Origin: Gracilinanus agilis
Lineage: Eukaryota
DNA: 64,000 nucleotides
Assembly: GCF_016433145.1 (NCBI RefSeq)
Contig: NC_058131.1
Span: 199,638,463 to 199,702,462 of the forward strand
Direction: 5' to 3'
Each line of letters starts with the position of its first letter. Position 1 is the first letter of the stretch. Both the position numbers and the translations under genes were made by a program. Below, in pieces: positions 1 through 14,689 of this stretch. The notes under the pieces are model-generated. The model had not been told where the DNA came from and did no database searches. It was given only the letters and a program-made list of their open reading frames with translations.

Positions 1-369
1 AGGGTTTAAAAAAAAAGTACTTCCAGAAACTGTGTTGCCCCATTGCCATACCATGTGCTCTAATTTTGAGCCCACTTTCTCCCAGATTTTACATTTGCCT
101 GAAGAGGAAAATGTCCTTGGTTTGGGGATATGTTTTGTTTCATTTTGTTTTTATCTATAATAAACTGTTCTTATTATACCAGCTTAGAACATAGCTATTT
201 CAAATATCTAAGTCTAAATAGCTATTTATTCTGTGAGGATTCTTCAATTATTGCATTAGAAAGCTACTACTAAAAATATGTACATTAACAAACCCCTATT
301 GAAGTATTCTAGAGAACAATTTAGAACTATTCCCAAAGGGCTATAAAACTGTTCATATCCTCTGATCCA

Positions 370-1035
370 GTAATACCACTACTAGGTCTGTATAACAAAG
401 AGATCAAAGCAAAAGGAAAAGGATCTATATGTACACAAATATTTACAGCAGCTCTCTTTGTGGTGGCAAAGAACTGGAAATTGAAGGGATGCTCGTCAAT
501 TGGGGAATAGCTAAATAAGTTGTAGCATATGCATAGGAAGGGACATTATTGTGCTGTGGGGAATCATGACTGAGGATGGTTTTAGAAAAAAATGTCAAGA
601 CCTTTATGAAGTGAGTGAAGTGAAGTGAGAACTGGAAGATCACCGTTCCTAGTAAAAGCAATGTTGTAATGATGATCAACTGTGAAAGACTTGGCTGCTC
701 TGATCAATACAATGGTCCATGACAATTCCAAAGGACTCATGATAGAAAAATGTTAGCTACCTCCAGAGAGAGACCTGATGAAGTCCAAAGCAAATTGAAG
801 TATAATTTTCTCACTTTCTTTATTTTTTTAGCTTTTAAAAAAACATGACTTATAAGGATGTTTTCCATGATTTCACATGTATAAATGATATATTGTTTGC
901 CTTTTCAGTAGGTGGGGGAGGGCTGGGAAAGAGGAAGAAAATTTGAAACTCAAAATTTTTAAAGAATAGTAAAAAAAAAAAGAAGTAAAAAACTAAAATA
1001 CATTTAAAAATAGAATTAAAAGATTAAAAAAAAGG
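370..1035 (+). mobile_element. Degraded L1 3' end (ORF2 C-terminus and 3' UTR, A-rich tail)
   Basis: gcagctctctttgtggtggcaaagaactggaaa motif shared with other L1 copies in the window. Confidence 0.8.
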
Positions 1036-1466
1036 ATTTCCCAAACCCTAAGGATCAGCCCTAAGAAGAGAAGTTACCCTGTCGGGGCAAGAAGCAATCT
1101 GCAAGTATAAATAGGAATTTGAAGAGTATATACTACATTAGCACATAGTTGAGACTTTATAAATGCTTATAAACTGCAGGATTATCTCTTTATAAAGGCA
1201 GAGAACCTTTCTCTGGATCCTCAGAAGTTCTCAGAATTTTTCAGCCAAGAAGACCAAAATACCGATTACTATTATGAATTTTACTGTTCTTCTATGGCTA
1301 GCAAACTAGCTCTGTATCAATAACATAGTGAGTGCATTTCTGCGTTTATTTCCTGTTCCTTTGAGCAAGACCTTAGAGCTTAGAATTAGAAACTTGAAAG
1401 TATATACTTCTATAAAACTCATATCTCCAATATCCACTGATATTTCTATAACATTCTGAGGTTTAC

Positions 1467-1654
1467 TTTTTTTTTTTTTTTTTTAGATCCTTCCCTTCTG
1501 TCTTAGACTTGAGTCTAAGTCAGAAGAGGTGGTAAGGGCAAGGCAATGGGGATTAAGTGACTTGCCCAGGGACACACAGCTAGGAAGTATCTGAAGTCAC
1601 ATTTGAACCCAGGACTTCCTATCTTTTTTTCCACTGAGCCATCTACCTGCCCCC
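1467..1654 (-). mobile_element. Opossum-type tRNA-derived SINE
   Basis: Reverse SINE body gtgacttgcccaggg..cacacagct with poly-T. Confidence 0.85.
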
Positions 1655-1788
1655 TAAAGTTTACCTTTTAGCATTTATTCTCACCATTACCTTGTAGATA
1701 AATATTTTACTCATCTTTTGGATGTTTACTTTTTAGTGGTCCTATATCTTCTTCTCTTCAAGTTTGATGGATTTGTGTCCCTCTGTGA

Positions 1789-2030
1789 GGTAGAATGGAT
1801 AAAGTGCTAGACTTGGAGCCAGAAAGATCTGAGTTCAAATCCTATCTCAGACAGTTACTAGCTGTATGACTCTGGGTAAGTCACTTAACCCCTCTCAGAC
1901 TCAGTTTTTTCATCTGTAAAATAGAGATAGCACCGACCTTCCAGAGGTAGTGTGAGAAGCAAATGTGATAATATGTGCGAAGAGCTTAATAAATCTAAAT
2001 CACTAGATAGATATTATCTATTATGATTAT
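1789..2030 (+). mobile_element. MIR/MAR1-type CORE-SINE
   Basis: gagttcaaatcc...ctgggtaagtcacttaac...cagtttttcatctgtaaaat core. Confidence 0.75.
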
Positions 2031-4499
2031 ATTATTAATATTATAGAATTCACAGAACCAGGAAGCAGATCTAAGACATTAGTCCAATCCTTCTCATTAC
2101 TTATAATTTTTTAAATATTTTTAATAATATAAACTTGGTAAATATTCAAAGAACAAATAGATTTGTATAGAATATTATAAATCCCAATTACATACAAATT
2201 GTTTTTTGAAAATATATATCAAATTTAACACTAACTCCAACGCCATACTAGCTATCTTTGTTTCTTGAATTTCCTTTTGATCCCTTTTAGGTTTGTTTGT
2301 TTTTTAAAGTTTTATCAATAGTTTTTTCTTTTCTTTTTTTTTTTTTTTTTTTTGGTATTTATTATTCTCTTCCACTCATCTCCTCCACTTTATCGAAGAG
2401 GAAATTAAGGTCTGAAGTTCTAAAGTTGCTTGGCCAGGGCCACACATAAGACTTGACAGAACAATAATTCCAATCCGGACCCTGTGCTATCAAGTTCATT
2501 GCTCTCCTTGGAATAACACACTACCTCTAAGAGTTTTTTGCTCCAACTATTAAGGAATCTAGGGATATAGCCACACTAAATTTTTCTCTTTCAATTCCAA
2601 AAATGGAAAGCAATGGATTTAATATTATACTAAGCAAGTCTCTGAAAACCAGCCTTTCCAACTAGTAATGCACAGGGTTATCTGATTTCACTTCCCTTTC
2701 TCTTAATCCCTCCTCAAACAACTAACTGTATGCTTCTAGGAAAGTCAGTTTCACACTCTGGATGTCATTTTTTCCCTCTATACCAATTATTCTCTTGCAC
2801 TGATCTTGAATAATCCTGAAAGACTTATGACAGGGAATGCTATCCACCTCCAGAGAAAGAACTGTAGGAGTCATCTTTCATGTCAGTGTATTTATGGTTT
2901 TATTTTGGGGTTTTGGTTATGCATAAATGTGCTTAATGATCAATATGGAAGTGTGTTTTGCATGACAATAAAATAAAATTTAAAAATAAAAATAATTCTC
3001 TAGAATGACTAATTCTTTAATTTTAGAACTGCTGCTGAAGTTCATAAATGTGTTCTTTTCTAAATCAAAACTGGGATAAGGAAATAAAAGTAATAAATAG
3101 ATCTTTGATGCTCTTGAAAATATAGACTTTGGAGTTAGAACCTGTCACCAGGAAAGATTCTGTATTCTATGATAGAGTTTGAGCTCACTCAATAAATGTT
3201 TATTGAATGGAACCAATTGAGAATGGTAGGTACTATAGGAGAGAGGATAGCAACCTTGGGGTTTTGTTCCAAGGGGAAAGAACTATTGGGATTTTTAAAA
3301 AAATGTTCCCAGAATCCTACTCTGTAGAAAGGGCAGTAGTTTGAATCAGGAGCCCTAAGAGACCTACAGTTAATAGCTAAACCAAATTTGGGTAATTCCC
3401 TTTCCCTGACTGGCCCTCAGTTTTCTTCTCTGTAGGATTGGGATAATAATATTTTCTAGAGAAACTACTGAAACAGCCAGTCTCGGATTCAAGAAAATCT
3501 GGGTTCAAATTGAGCCCTGATACATGCTTTGTGACCCTGGCAAGTCACTTAACCTCTGAGTGTTCTAGGAAATTTCTAAGACTATACCTAAGTTGCATAA
3601 AAGGTGCCAGCCTGGTCCCTATATCAGGGAAATTACAACTCCAGTCTTTAATCCTAATACTTTCACTATCTCTTTTGTAGGATTGTTATGAAGAGTCTTT
3701 GCAAATAGTAAAATGCTATATATCTGACATTAACACTATTGTGTTTTTCCATAAATTTATTTTTGACTGGGATGTGACTGATTTAAAAGGTGGCTCCTTA
3801 TACCAAATCTCCAAGAGTGCCAAGAGCTCAAAAAAAGAACCAAATCTCTTTGCTGGTAATTACATTTGGTCTATTTATGCAACTGTATCATATGTTCTAT
3901 AGAATAATTTCCCAGTTTACTTTTTATCCACTTAACTTTCAATTTCAATGTTAATTTCCTTTTTTGTGTGTTTATTTGTTTTTGTTTTTTTAGGTGATTG
4001 TCTCTGGGCTTTGCTGCCTGCCAGATGTGAAGGAACTGCAATTAGGCTAGATGCAACATAATTCCTCTTATTGCAATATAATATAAATCAGTTTAGCATT
4101 CCCTGAGCCTCAGACAAATGTGAATTACTCCATCTTAAGCACTTCAGATGGCACTGAACTATAGAGCTTGAAGTTAAGCATTTTGTCTTGATCTTACCAC
4201 CCACAAATTAATCCAAAGACATATGGGTGTCATGGGGCAAATTAAAGAATCATAGAATTTTTCCCTCTTTGGAGACATTGTTATTAATCAACATCACTAT
4301 TTCTGTTAGTCATGAACCAGGAATGTCATAGTGAATCAATGAATCAATGAACATTTATTAAGAGACTTCTATGTTCTAAGCTCTGTGCTAGACCCAAAAG
4401 ATACAAAGGCAAAAACAACACAATCCCATTCCTTGGAGAGTTCACACTACGCTAGGAGAAAACAACATTCTCAAACTGTATACGAGTTTATTAAAAGCC

Positions 4500-5760
4500 C
4501 AAACAAAGCAGATGCAAGGAAATGTTAAAATGTAGCAAACACTTCCTTACCACTAGTAGGTCTGTATCCCAGAGGGATAAAAAGGGAAAAGAACCTGTTT
4601 CTATAAAAATATTCAATTTCTGTGGTGGCAAAGAACTGGAAACTGAGAGGATGTTCATCAACTGCGGAATGACTGAACAAGTTGTGGTAAATGACTGTAA
4701 TGGAATACTGTTGTGCCATAAGAAATGACAAAAAAAATCTGGAAAGACTACTATATGAAATAATGCAAAATGAAGTGAGCAGAACCACAAGAATTTTGTA
4801 CACAGTAACAACAATAAGATCAACTGTGAATGATGACTACTATCAGTAATGCAAGGATCCAGGACAGCTCCAAAGAACTCGTGATGAAAAAGGCTCTCCA
4901 CTGCCATAAAAAGGAACTGAGAATCTTAATGCAGATTGAAACGCACCATTCTTCACTTTATTTCCTCCATGAATTTTTCTCCAGTGTAAGTAATATGTGC
5001 CTTCTTTCACAATATGATGATCATGGAAATGTGTATTGTGTAACACATGCATAACCTATATTATATTAACTGCCATCTTGGGAAAGGGGATTGGATGGAG
5101 GGAGAGAACATGTATTACAAAATATCAAAAAACTACTATCGAAAATTGTATCAACATGTAATCTGGAAAAGAAATAAGAAAATTTTTAAAAAGAAGAAAA
5201 GAAAGAAACTAGTAGTCAAACAAGGAAAGGTCTCATGCAAAGGTATCTGTTGGTGAAGGAGTACTATTGTGCTGAAAGGAATAATGAACTGGAGGAATTC
5301 CATGTGAACTGGAACAACCTCCAGGAACTGATGCAGAATGAAAGGAGCAGAGCCAGAAGAACATTGTACACAGAGGCTGATACACTGTGGTAAAATCAAA
5401 TGTAATGGACTTCTATACTAGCAGCAATGCAATGATCCAGGACAATTCTGAGGGACTTATGAGAAAGAACACTACCCACATTCAGAGGAAGAACAGTGGG
5501 AGTAGAAATGCAGAAGAAAAACAACTGTTTGATCACGTGGGTTGATGGGGATATGATTGGGGATGTAGACTCTAAGCAATCACTCAAATGCAAATATTAA
5601 TAATATTGAAATAAGTCTTGATCAATGACACATGTAAAGCCCAGCGGAATTGTGTGTCGGCTATGGGAGGCGGATGGGAAGAGGGGAAAGAAAGAACATG
5701 AATCATGACGCATGGAAAAATATTATACATTAATTAATTAAAATTTTCAAAAAAAAAAAG
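4500..5760 (+). mobile_element. Two adjacent L1 3'-end fragments (older 4500-5200, younger 5230-5760)
   Basis: L1 3' motifs. 5230-5760 is closely similar to the young L1 at 35650-36157. Confidence 0.8.
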
Positions 5761-5989
5761 ATGATGAGTTGTGTTAAAGGAAACCAGGGATTCTGGACAG
5801 TGGCCAGGAACAAAGAGATCATTCTGGGCATGGGGATAACCCTTGCAAAGGTATGAAGGCAAGAGGAGCACCATGTGTGAGGAAGAGTAAGGTCATTCTG
5901 TCTGAACCACAAAATACATGGAACACATAGAAGGAGTTATATGTAATAGTACTGGAAAAGTATCCATAGGTGTCATGCTAGTGAATTAT

Positions 5990-6580
5990 ATGACATGCTT
6001 TATGTCATATTGCTTTTTATTTTTTATTTCTATATATGTACATATACATTTTACCAATTACATGTAATAACAAATTTCCACACAAGTTCTCCTAAGTTAT
6101 ATTATTGAACATATTTCTCTCCCTCCTTCCCTCCCACATCCCAGTGCTGGAAGGCAATTTGATCTGGGTTATACATATATTTTTGTGCAAAACATATTTC
6201 CATATTATTCATTTTGGGGAGTAATCTTATAAAACAAAAACCTCCAAATATAAACCCAAATAAACATTTGAAAAATTGCATGCTTCATGTTGCTTTTTAA
6301 GAGAAAAGAGAGTAGAAAAAAGAAATGCAGAGGAGAAAACATATGATCAATCATTTGGTCTGATGGATTTATGATAAGGGTTTTGATGTTAAAAGATCAC
6401 TCTATTACAAATATGAATAACATGGAAATAGGTTTTGAACAATGCTATATGTATAACCTAGTGGAATTGCTTGCAGTTCCAGGAGGGAAGAGAGAAGAGT
6501 GATGGGAAAAATCATGAATCATGGAACCATGGAAAAATATTCTAAATAAATGAAAGATAAATAAAAATAAAAATAAAAGA
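5990..6580. mobile_element. Opposed L1 3' UTR fragments (minus ~5990-6300, plus ~6340-6580)
   Basis: Marsupial L1 3' UTR motifs in both orientations. Confidence 0.6.
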
Positions 6581-6914
6581 GGACAGAGAGAAAAGGGCAA
6601 TTCTTGATCCAAAGGAATAAATTTCTAACCAGAGAAGGGGAGCAGGTTCCAATGTCACTAAAATTCCACTGGATAAGCCTAAAACTAAAGAAATTATTTC
6701 TGAAGATGCATGTTCTACATTGTATTCAGAAGTTATTTTTAAACAATTCTTTCTCACTAGTTTTCTCTTAAATCTAAATCCTCTTTAAATCTAAATTTAT
6801 CTGTTTGACTTCCAAGGCTTATCATATCCCCATTTCACTCTACCTATCCAATTCCATTTCCTAAATCAAGAAGCAGAGTATTCCCAAGCCTCTATTCTCA
6901 GAGATGTTCTATAT

Positions 6915-7408
6915 CAATGATGGCAAATCTATGGCACAGGTGCCAAAGATGGCATGCAGAACGCTCTCTGTGGGCACACAGTCACCCTCCCCACTCAGAG
7001 TTGGTTACTAGAAAGGCAGAGGGACTCTGGTACAGCTGCTTCCCTCCCCCTCTTCACTGTGCCTGATGACATTTTTTCACATCACCTGCCCCTCTGCTCA
7101 GCAGCCCAATGGTAAAGTGTGCAGCTCACAGGCAGCAAAGCTAGAGGGGAGCCAAGTGCTACGGCCAATCCCCTCAACCCTCTCTACACTTGCTGAGGAC
7201 ATCTCTCACTTCACCCACCCAGCAGCCCAATGGGAACACTTCTACTCTCCCCAGTGTGGGGTAAGGTGGGGCAGGGCATGACACAACGTCTCTGTGGAGG
7301 AGGGGCATAGCGCATGGTCTCTGGGAGGGGCAGGCACTGTAATCTGTCTGGAGTGGTGAGGTGGAGGCAAGGCCTTGCACTCCATCTCTAAAAGGTTCCT
7401 TATCATTA
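6915..7408. mobile_element. Non-autonomous hAT DNA transposon (OposCharlie/OC1-like termini)
   Basis: Degenerate TIRs caatgatggcaaatct ... aggttccttatcatta. No clear TSD. Confidence 0.7.
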
Positions 7409-7483
7409 GATATCCTCAGAATCCTTTACACACATCTTTGCTTCACACAATTCCCTTAGCCTGGGATTTGTCCACCTCACTTT

Positions 7484-7664
7484 TTTTCTTTAACCCTTAT
7501 CTACTGTCTTAGAATTGATACTGAGAAGAGTAGTGGGGGCTAGGCAATTGGAGTTAAGTGACTTGCCCAGGGTCACACAGCTAGAAAGTATCTGAGGCCA
7601 AATGTGAACCCCCAGAATCTCATCTCCAAGCCTGGCTCTCTATCCACTGAGCCACTTAGCTGCC
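7484..7664 (-). mobile_element. Opossum-type SINE
   Basis: Reverse SINE body. Confidence 0.85.
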
Positions 7665-8849
7665 ACTCTCCCCACTTTTTATATCTCTCCATATACTTTG
7701 CATCTTTCCAAGTTCAGGGGAAGTCCCTTCTTTCCATGAAACCCTATTCAAATCCCTCCAGTTCACATCCATCTCTGACACCTCTGATCTCCTGCTCTAT
7801 AGAGAATCTGAAGTCCAGTACTTAACTCAGAAGACTATTATTCTGCGGATTAATCCATCCAGTAACCTTCAGTGGAAGTTGCTTGAACGTTGATTACCCA
7901 CAGTGCCTAGCACCTAGTAATTGATATGAGTAACTTGACTGGTCCTTTTCACTTCTATATCTAAATAATTTCTTCTTTATCTCAGAATTTTTAAAGTCAT
8001 ATTGACTTCATTTTCTCCTCAAACTAGATTATTTCTGATGCTGATCAATTATCTCTGGGAAAGAGATGAGGAAACACATTCCTCCTTTCAGTAGATTGGG
8101 GAAAAAGGAAGAAAACTATAGGTTTGGAATATTGCATATAATGAGAAATGTGATCAATATTTTTATTGGCTTTGATTAACTGATTAGCTGATTTGTTACG
8201 AATATGGCAGGAATTGAATACCCAGAAATGACCATAATATCAAATCAAAAATAACCAATGAAGCTTAGTATTAAAAATTTTGCTAGATGACTTTGCTTAG
8301 ATTTGAAAATTCCAGAACCATAATCAAGAATTCCAGGACCTAGGACACTTCATTTTTACCTGATCAAAGTGTAGTAGTAGAAATATCCATTCAGAACAAT
8401 ATGGAAATGTTTTATAGGATCATATATGTATAACTCAGATTGAATTGCTTGCCAGTTTCAGGAGCAGGGAGGAAAGGAAGGAATGAGACAATTCAGAAAA
8501 CTTATGTGGAAATTTGTTATTACATTTAACTAACAAAAAATAAAAATAGAGTTGGATAAATATCCATTCCTGTGATGGGAGAGGTAAATTTGACACAGAA
8601 ATCATGGAAGTTGAGGATGATGAGAAACAGAAAAGTCAGGTATAAAGTAAATGCTAGCACAAATGGCTGTGAATCAGGTATTGGACTTATTAAAGAAAAG
8701 GGAGAATGACCTGAAGGTTTGTAAATGTTGACAAAGCTTTAGACAGCATGGATAAACTCTATATGTAGAAAAGTGACTGCTAATGGATGGTGGCAGAGAA
8801 AAGCTCTGAAACTGGCAGTGAATATGCCAATTCCTCCTCTTTCCTCTGT

Positions 8850-9240
8850 ATGAGTTTTTTCATATTTTTTCCAGATTAAATGTCAACACAATTTCTTAAT
8901 ATTAATTTTCTGATATTTTGCAATCCATGTCCTCTCCTTCCCCCCCATTCCACTTCCCTCCCCAAGAAGGCAGGTAATGATATAGGTTATAAATATAATA
9001 TCATAAAATACATATTTCCATGTTCTTCATGTTGACAAAAGGAGAAAATTCATGAAAGAAATAAAGTGAAGAATGGAATATTTCAATTTGCTTGCAGACT
9101 TCATCTTTTCTTTCTATGTTGGTAGATATCTTTTTTTTTTTTTTGGTCAATAATCTCTTGGAATTGTCTTTGTTGATAATAGTTGTCATTCATAGTTGAT
9201 CATCATACATTATTTTTTGTTACTGTGTACAATGTATTTG
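8850..9240 (-). mobile_element. L1 3' UTR fragment
   Basis: Reverse complement of L1 3' motifs. Confidence 0.65.
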
Positions 9241-9243
9241 TGT

Positions 9244-9444
9244 TTTTTTTTAAACCCTTACCTTCCATCTTGGAGTCAATACTGTGTATTGGCTCCAAGG
9301 CAGAAGAGTGGTAAGGGTAGGCAATGGGGGTCAAGTGACTTGCCCAGGGTCACATAGCTGGGAAGTGTCTGAGGCTAGATTTGAACCTAGGACCTCCCAT
9401 CTGTAGGCCTGGTACTCAATCCACTGAGCTACCCAGCTGCCCCC
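9244..9444 (-). mobile_element. SINE1_Mdo-like SINE (young)
   Basis: Near-consensus body ending ctacccagctgcccc. Confidence 0.9.
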
Positions 9445-10312
9445 TGTATTTGTGTTTTGAGAGAAGAAATGTCAAACCTTGGAGAGGGTACCAAGATGAA
9501 TGGTACCATAACAAGGAAGTTAGGTTTCAGGGAACACCAGAAGATCTAAAAATTGACAGAAAGCTGGTGAGAATTTTATTAATAACAGTAGAGAGTACAT
9601 TATAAAGGGAAGGCAAAAGTGACTAGGAACCAAAAAAAGCTAGTACTGACCTTACTCTGCTGTGTACCTACCATATGTGGAGAGAGAGTTGAACAAAGTA
9701 GCCAGGATGCATTAAATCTTCCCTGCTCTTCCTCCCACCTACTGACCCCTTGATGATCGCAAATGTTTTACATGGTACAGATGCTCAAGACGTGAGACAC
9801 AATGGTAGCAGACCACTCTGATAGAAGGATGCATTCTAGGTGATAACTGTATTGATCCCAGGACCTTGGAGGCAGCAACTTCATGGCCAAGAAAAGGAAC
9901 CCCCCATCACTTTGCCCTCCCATTAACAAGAGGGTCAAAGCCCTACTGCTAGTTTTGGCTTTGCAGAATCCTGAAATCCTAATAAAAATACTTGTAAAAC
10001 TAGTAACGCTAAACATCTTAGGTTTTCAAAATAGAAGAAAAAGCCAGAAATCAAATGTCTAAATATATTGAAGTTTTTTAAGTTAAAAGTCTGTGCCTGA
10101 TTTAATTCTTCAACATTCTGTCAGTTTTCTTTTTGCAAATGAGTCAATGTGAAAATCTGGATTGTTCTTATAGACCCTTCAAAGAAGAGGTCTAGACCAC
10201 TTTTCTTTTAATTTTCTTGAAACCATGGTCCCAAAGTAATGAGAATAGTATTCATAACCCACAAGGAGAACATTTTCAGCTGAGTGCTAACCAAGTATTT
10301 TCATAGTATTCT

Positions 10313-11029
10313 TGAGGTATGGCCTCTGGGGCACCTGGAACAATTCCTGCTTCTTGTCCAACACTGCCACTTGCTGGTCACCCCTTTTAGTGCTTTCTGC
10401 CATCACAAATTCTCCTGAGCACCAATGGAATTCTATCCAGTCAAATGTTTCTGAGAGCTTCCCCTACACTCCTTGGTGTCCTTCATTCCACCCCCTCTCC
10501 GTGTCTCCACTATGGTTACTTTCTTCCCAAATTTCCATTTATCAAAGGTTTTTGTGTTTATGGAAGTGAAATGATAAATGAATACACTATTGCAATACAC
10601 TTGAGCTCCCATTCCCTGAAGAGACCTCAGACCTCGATGAAGGAGAAATCATAGCCAATCAGAACTATTCTAATTGACATTCCCACAATCCCTTATAGCT
10701 CATGCCAAGAAAATTGCCAAAGGAACCCATGGAAATAGGTGCATACTTTTTTTTTTCCCCAAGAAAAGAAAATACATGCTACCTCAAAACCCTGATCTCA
10801 TATAAGAACTCACAAAGCTTGAAGCTCCAAGAACTGCTCTCAAGTGTTTTTGTGATTTTTAGGCTTAACTACTCTGATACAATCTCCTCCCACTGAACTC
10901 GGAGACTAGGTTCTCCCTGATCTGGCTTGTGAGCCTTTCTCAGAGAATAAATGCCTCTTTCTTTCCTGACTGTTGTCATAAACCTTGTTATAAATTGGTC
11001 CTTTCTAGGCCTGGGTCTTTCTGTGACAA
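10313..11029 (+). mobile_element. Probable solo LTR
   Basis: TG...CA ends, AATAAA near 10946, LTR-like composition. No TSD found. Confidence 0.45.
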
Positions 11030-12079
11030 CTGGTCTAGGTGGTCATGACTCAATTTTTAAGTTCAATGTGCTCTTCAATTAATAATAATGAAGGTGGATG
11101 CATTTCAGGTGGTAGAGGCCATGTGATTATAGGTCTGAAGTGTGTTGATTGTGAAAAGTAGTCCCTAAGAGACCAGAGGACAAACCCTTCATAACACATT
11201 AACATTACATTAACATTACCTAATAAACATCACTTTATATTCTTTATTCCAAATTTTACAAAACGAAATAAAATAGGCATTTCCATATACAAAGGAAGAT
11301 TGTACATAAATCACAGATTTCTTGTACATTTAGCTTACTTTTCTTCAGATCTACAAAATAAATCTATGTTAAACATATGCCAATGAATTAAAAATTTTTA
11401 TCAAGGACTTGGTTGAAGGTAATGAGATGAAGAAAAGCAAGGATATCCAATTCATTAGACCATTGAGGCAGAATATTTTTTTTAAATCTCAACAAGTTGG
11501 AACTATAGGTCAATTTGCTTTCAACCAAGTAGAAAACCCTAGAAAATCCTATCATAGATAAAGGGTAGCAATTTAAGTTTTTGAGGCATTCTGGAGAATT
11601 AAGAAGTTATTTGCTTGCTAATCTGGGTCAGAGGCAGAAAATGAAGTGAGGTCCTCCAAATATTAATGTTATTCTTCCACATATTCTTCCACATTTCGTT
11701 GTCTCATAACAATAATGCACCACATCTGTTAAGATGGACTATAAAGAGGAAACTCAGGTTTAGACAATCACCTGTACAATGGAGGATGCCTGACCAGATA
11801 GGAATTCACGTTGCAAAACCCTTGACATTTCTGTAGATTGTAAAGCTCTAGATAGGAATAAATGTGACATGATAGCCACAAAAAAAAAAAAATTAAACAC
11901 CAACTACTGAGATATTAGGCATATGCCAATAAAAATGTGGTATGAGAATAAGGGAAGTGGGAGAACAATTGTCTTGATCTCTGAATAACCTATATCAGGA
12001 GTTGTGTGTTTAGTTTTGGACATCAGATGGTAGGAAGACATTGATAATTTGGTGATCATTCTAGAAGACAAAAAAAAGT

Positions 12080-12083
<4 letters not shown>

Positions 12084-12110
<27 letters not shown>
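12084..12110. repeat. (AC)n microsatellite
   Basis: Direct observation. Confidence 0.95.
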
Positions 12111-12113
<3 letters not shown>

Positions 12114-14689
12114 TGACAAGGATCAGTTGAAGGAACTGAGCATATTTAGTTTGGAATATATAAGCCTTGAACAAGTATTTGAACAGTTGCAATATGGGAT
12201 GGTAATACCTAATATAGTACTCATAGATAATATAGGGGGAAGGTAGGTGGCATAGTGGATAGAATATTGGACCTGAAGTCAATTAGACTTACCTTCCTGA
12301 ATTCAAATTTGGTCTCAAGAAACCTCCTAGCTGCATGACCCTGGGCAAGTCACCTAACCGTAATTGCCTAGCAACTTACTGCCCTTCATCTTTGGAACTG
12401 ATGCTTAGTATCAATTCTAAGTTAGAAGATAAGGGAGGAAGGGACAAAGGGATACAAGGAAGGAAAACTCCAAATAGGATCATATAGAATTGGACAAAAC
12501 CAAAAGAACTCAAAGAACTTTATACGATTTGCCAAATTTTCATATATGTTATATTTTATTCTCATAACCCTATGAGAGATGTTATCTTTATTTTACAAAT
12601 AAATTGAGGTAGATTGAAATTAAATGCCTTGTGTAACTGATTAAAAACCAGGGCAAGACTTAAACTTGGGTCTTATGTATTTCAAATTGACCTTAAGACA
12701 TTTTAGGAAAAATTGGAAGCTTAAGGGAGGTAAGATTTTGGCTCCATTTAATGAACTTTCCAAGAATTACACTGGGAACTTGTTTTATAGAAACTCAACC
12801 TATGAGAATTCAGGTTTATTCAAGTTGGCAATTGATTATATATAAAATTTTTAACATTTTCCCAGAAAGTGTACTCTTTTTATTAAGAGTTCAACCAGTT
12901 CAACTTCTGAGAGGCCTTGGAGAGTCATTGCATTGTTTTGCACTAGGCATTGGTTTCCCCATAGGTTGTCTGGAGTTCTGATTTATGGCAGTGTCATGCT
13001 CATATAGGAAATCCTTGTTGACATGAGTACCTACTATAGTTTTTTAGTAATGGAATTGACTTCCTTTAAGAGAGGGAATACCTCATTATGAGGTTAGCTA
13101 GCAGAAATTGTTAGGATTTATGTATGGAAATGGATCAAAATGTAAGAAGGCATAATGATTGTCTTGATAACCATTTATTCCTAATATCCAATTTAATTTT
13201 CCCCAATCAAGACACCTTTAGGAGCCCCATTTTGAGAACTCCTAAAACTGAGCTTAAAATATAATAAAATTTAGGTTTTAAGCATTGATAGCAATTGTCT
13301 ATCTCCAAAAGTCAGTGGGAGATATTTCTCCTAACATCCTCAGTTTGTCTTTTAGTAGCATAGCACCTCAACTCATGTCTGAAAGTCTTTGCACTCACTG
13401 GCTCTCTTCTATGCCTGGGAGACAAGTAATTTTAGCATGCTTATAAATTTAGTTCACATGTTGCCTTCTATAAGGAGTTCCATGAGGGTAGCCTTAATGT
13501 CTAGCAGTGACTTACATGGAAAAATAATTTATCTATACCTTTTAGATCACAATTTTTTTTTGCCTCCCCTATTGGCCTTTTCACAATTATTTCCTCTCCT
13601 CCCATAATCCTCCAGCTCAGCACCCATAAAATGCCAAGTGGATAAGTAGATAATAGGTTGCTAGTTAAAGAAACTATTACCCATGAAAGCTATGTATTAT
13701 CATATCAGAGCAACAGCCAGACAGGCTGGCACCCACCCAGCTGAGGTTTTCTCTCTTCATTAGCATTTTTATTGCCATCTTTCCATAAATTTTGGGGCTG
13801 CAGCCCAAGGATAAAGGTTGAGTTGTACCAGGTTCTGTTTCAGTAAGTTAATTCCCAATGACAGAATTAGGACCATTGTTTGAAAGTTACTGTTTCGACA
13901 AGTTTTCAGTTACAAGTCAGGATTTCCCAAAGATAGAACCTGATTGAATAAAGTTCTTATTTGCTAGAGGTCAAGACTTGGATTAAAAACTAAATTGCTA
14001 TTGAGTACAAAGCATGGCCTCAGGTGCTGAGACAAAGATGTTTAAATTTTTGCCCAACTGGAATTTAGTTTACCAATGTATTATAGCCCTAAATCACAAT
14101 TTCTTATGATAAATGTATTAGAATATGCTTTTGTTATACTTTTACCAGCCAGAGGGATTGTGAGATGGTTTCTGGAAGGTGACATTTGAGTTGGGTCTTT
14201 TAAAGGAATTGGTTTTAGGGATATTAGGTAGAAAAGAAGGAGATAGCCATTGACTGTCCAGGTTAAATGTAATGAATAGACAAATATTAAGTATGGGACA
14301 GTAAAGAATATGGCTCTGGACTCATAAGACTCAAGTTTGAATTCTGCCACTTACTACCACTGTGACTTTATTCAAGTTGCAAGAGAAAAATACTCACCTG
14401 AGAAGAGATTACTTATGAGTGTGAATAAGGCTTTGCCTTCACAACCCAGGTCTTTTCTAGCTTCTCCTTAAGATAAAAAAGCTCAAGACACTGGTCTTTA
14501 TCAGAGGATTTGACTTCCCTTTATCTAAAAGAAATAGCTGATGCTACACTAAATTGGAAAGTTTCTACACAAAGGCAATGCAACCTAGGTTAAAAGGGTA
14601 GCTGGAAAAAAAAACTACATAGCACAATCTCTATGACAATGGTTTCTCATACACAGAACTGAATAAAAATTATCAGAATATAGTTTTTC

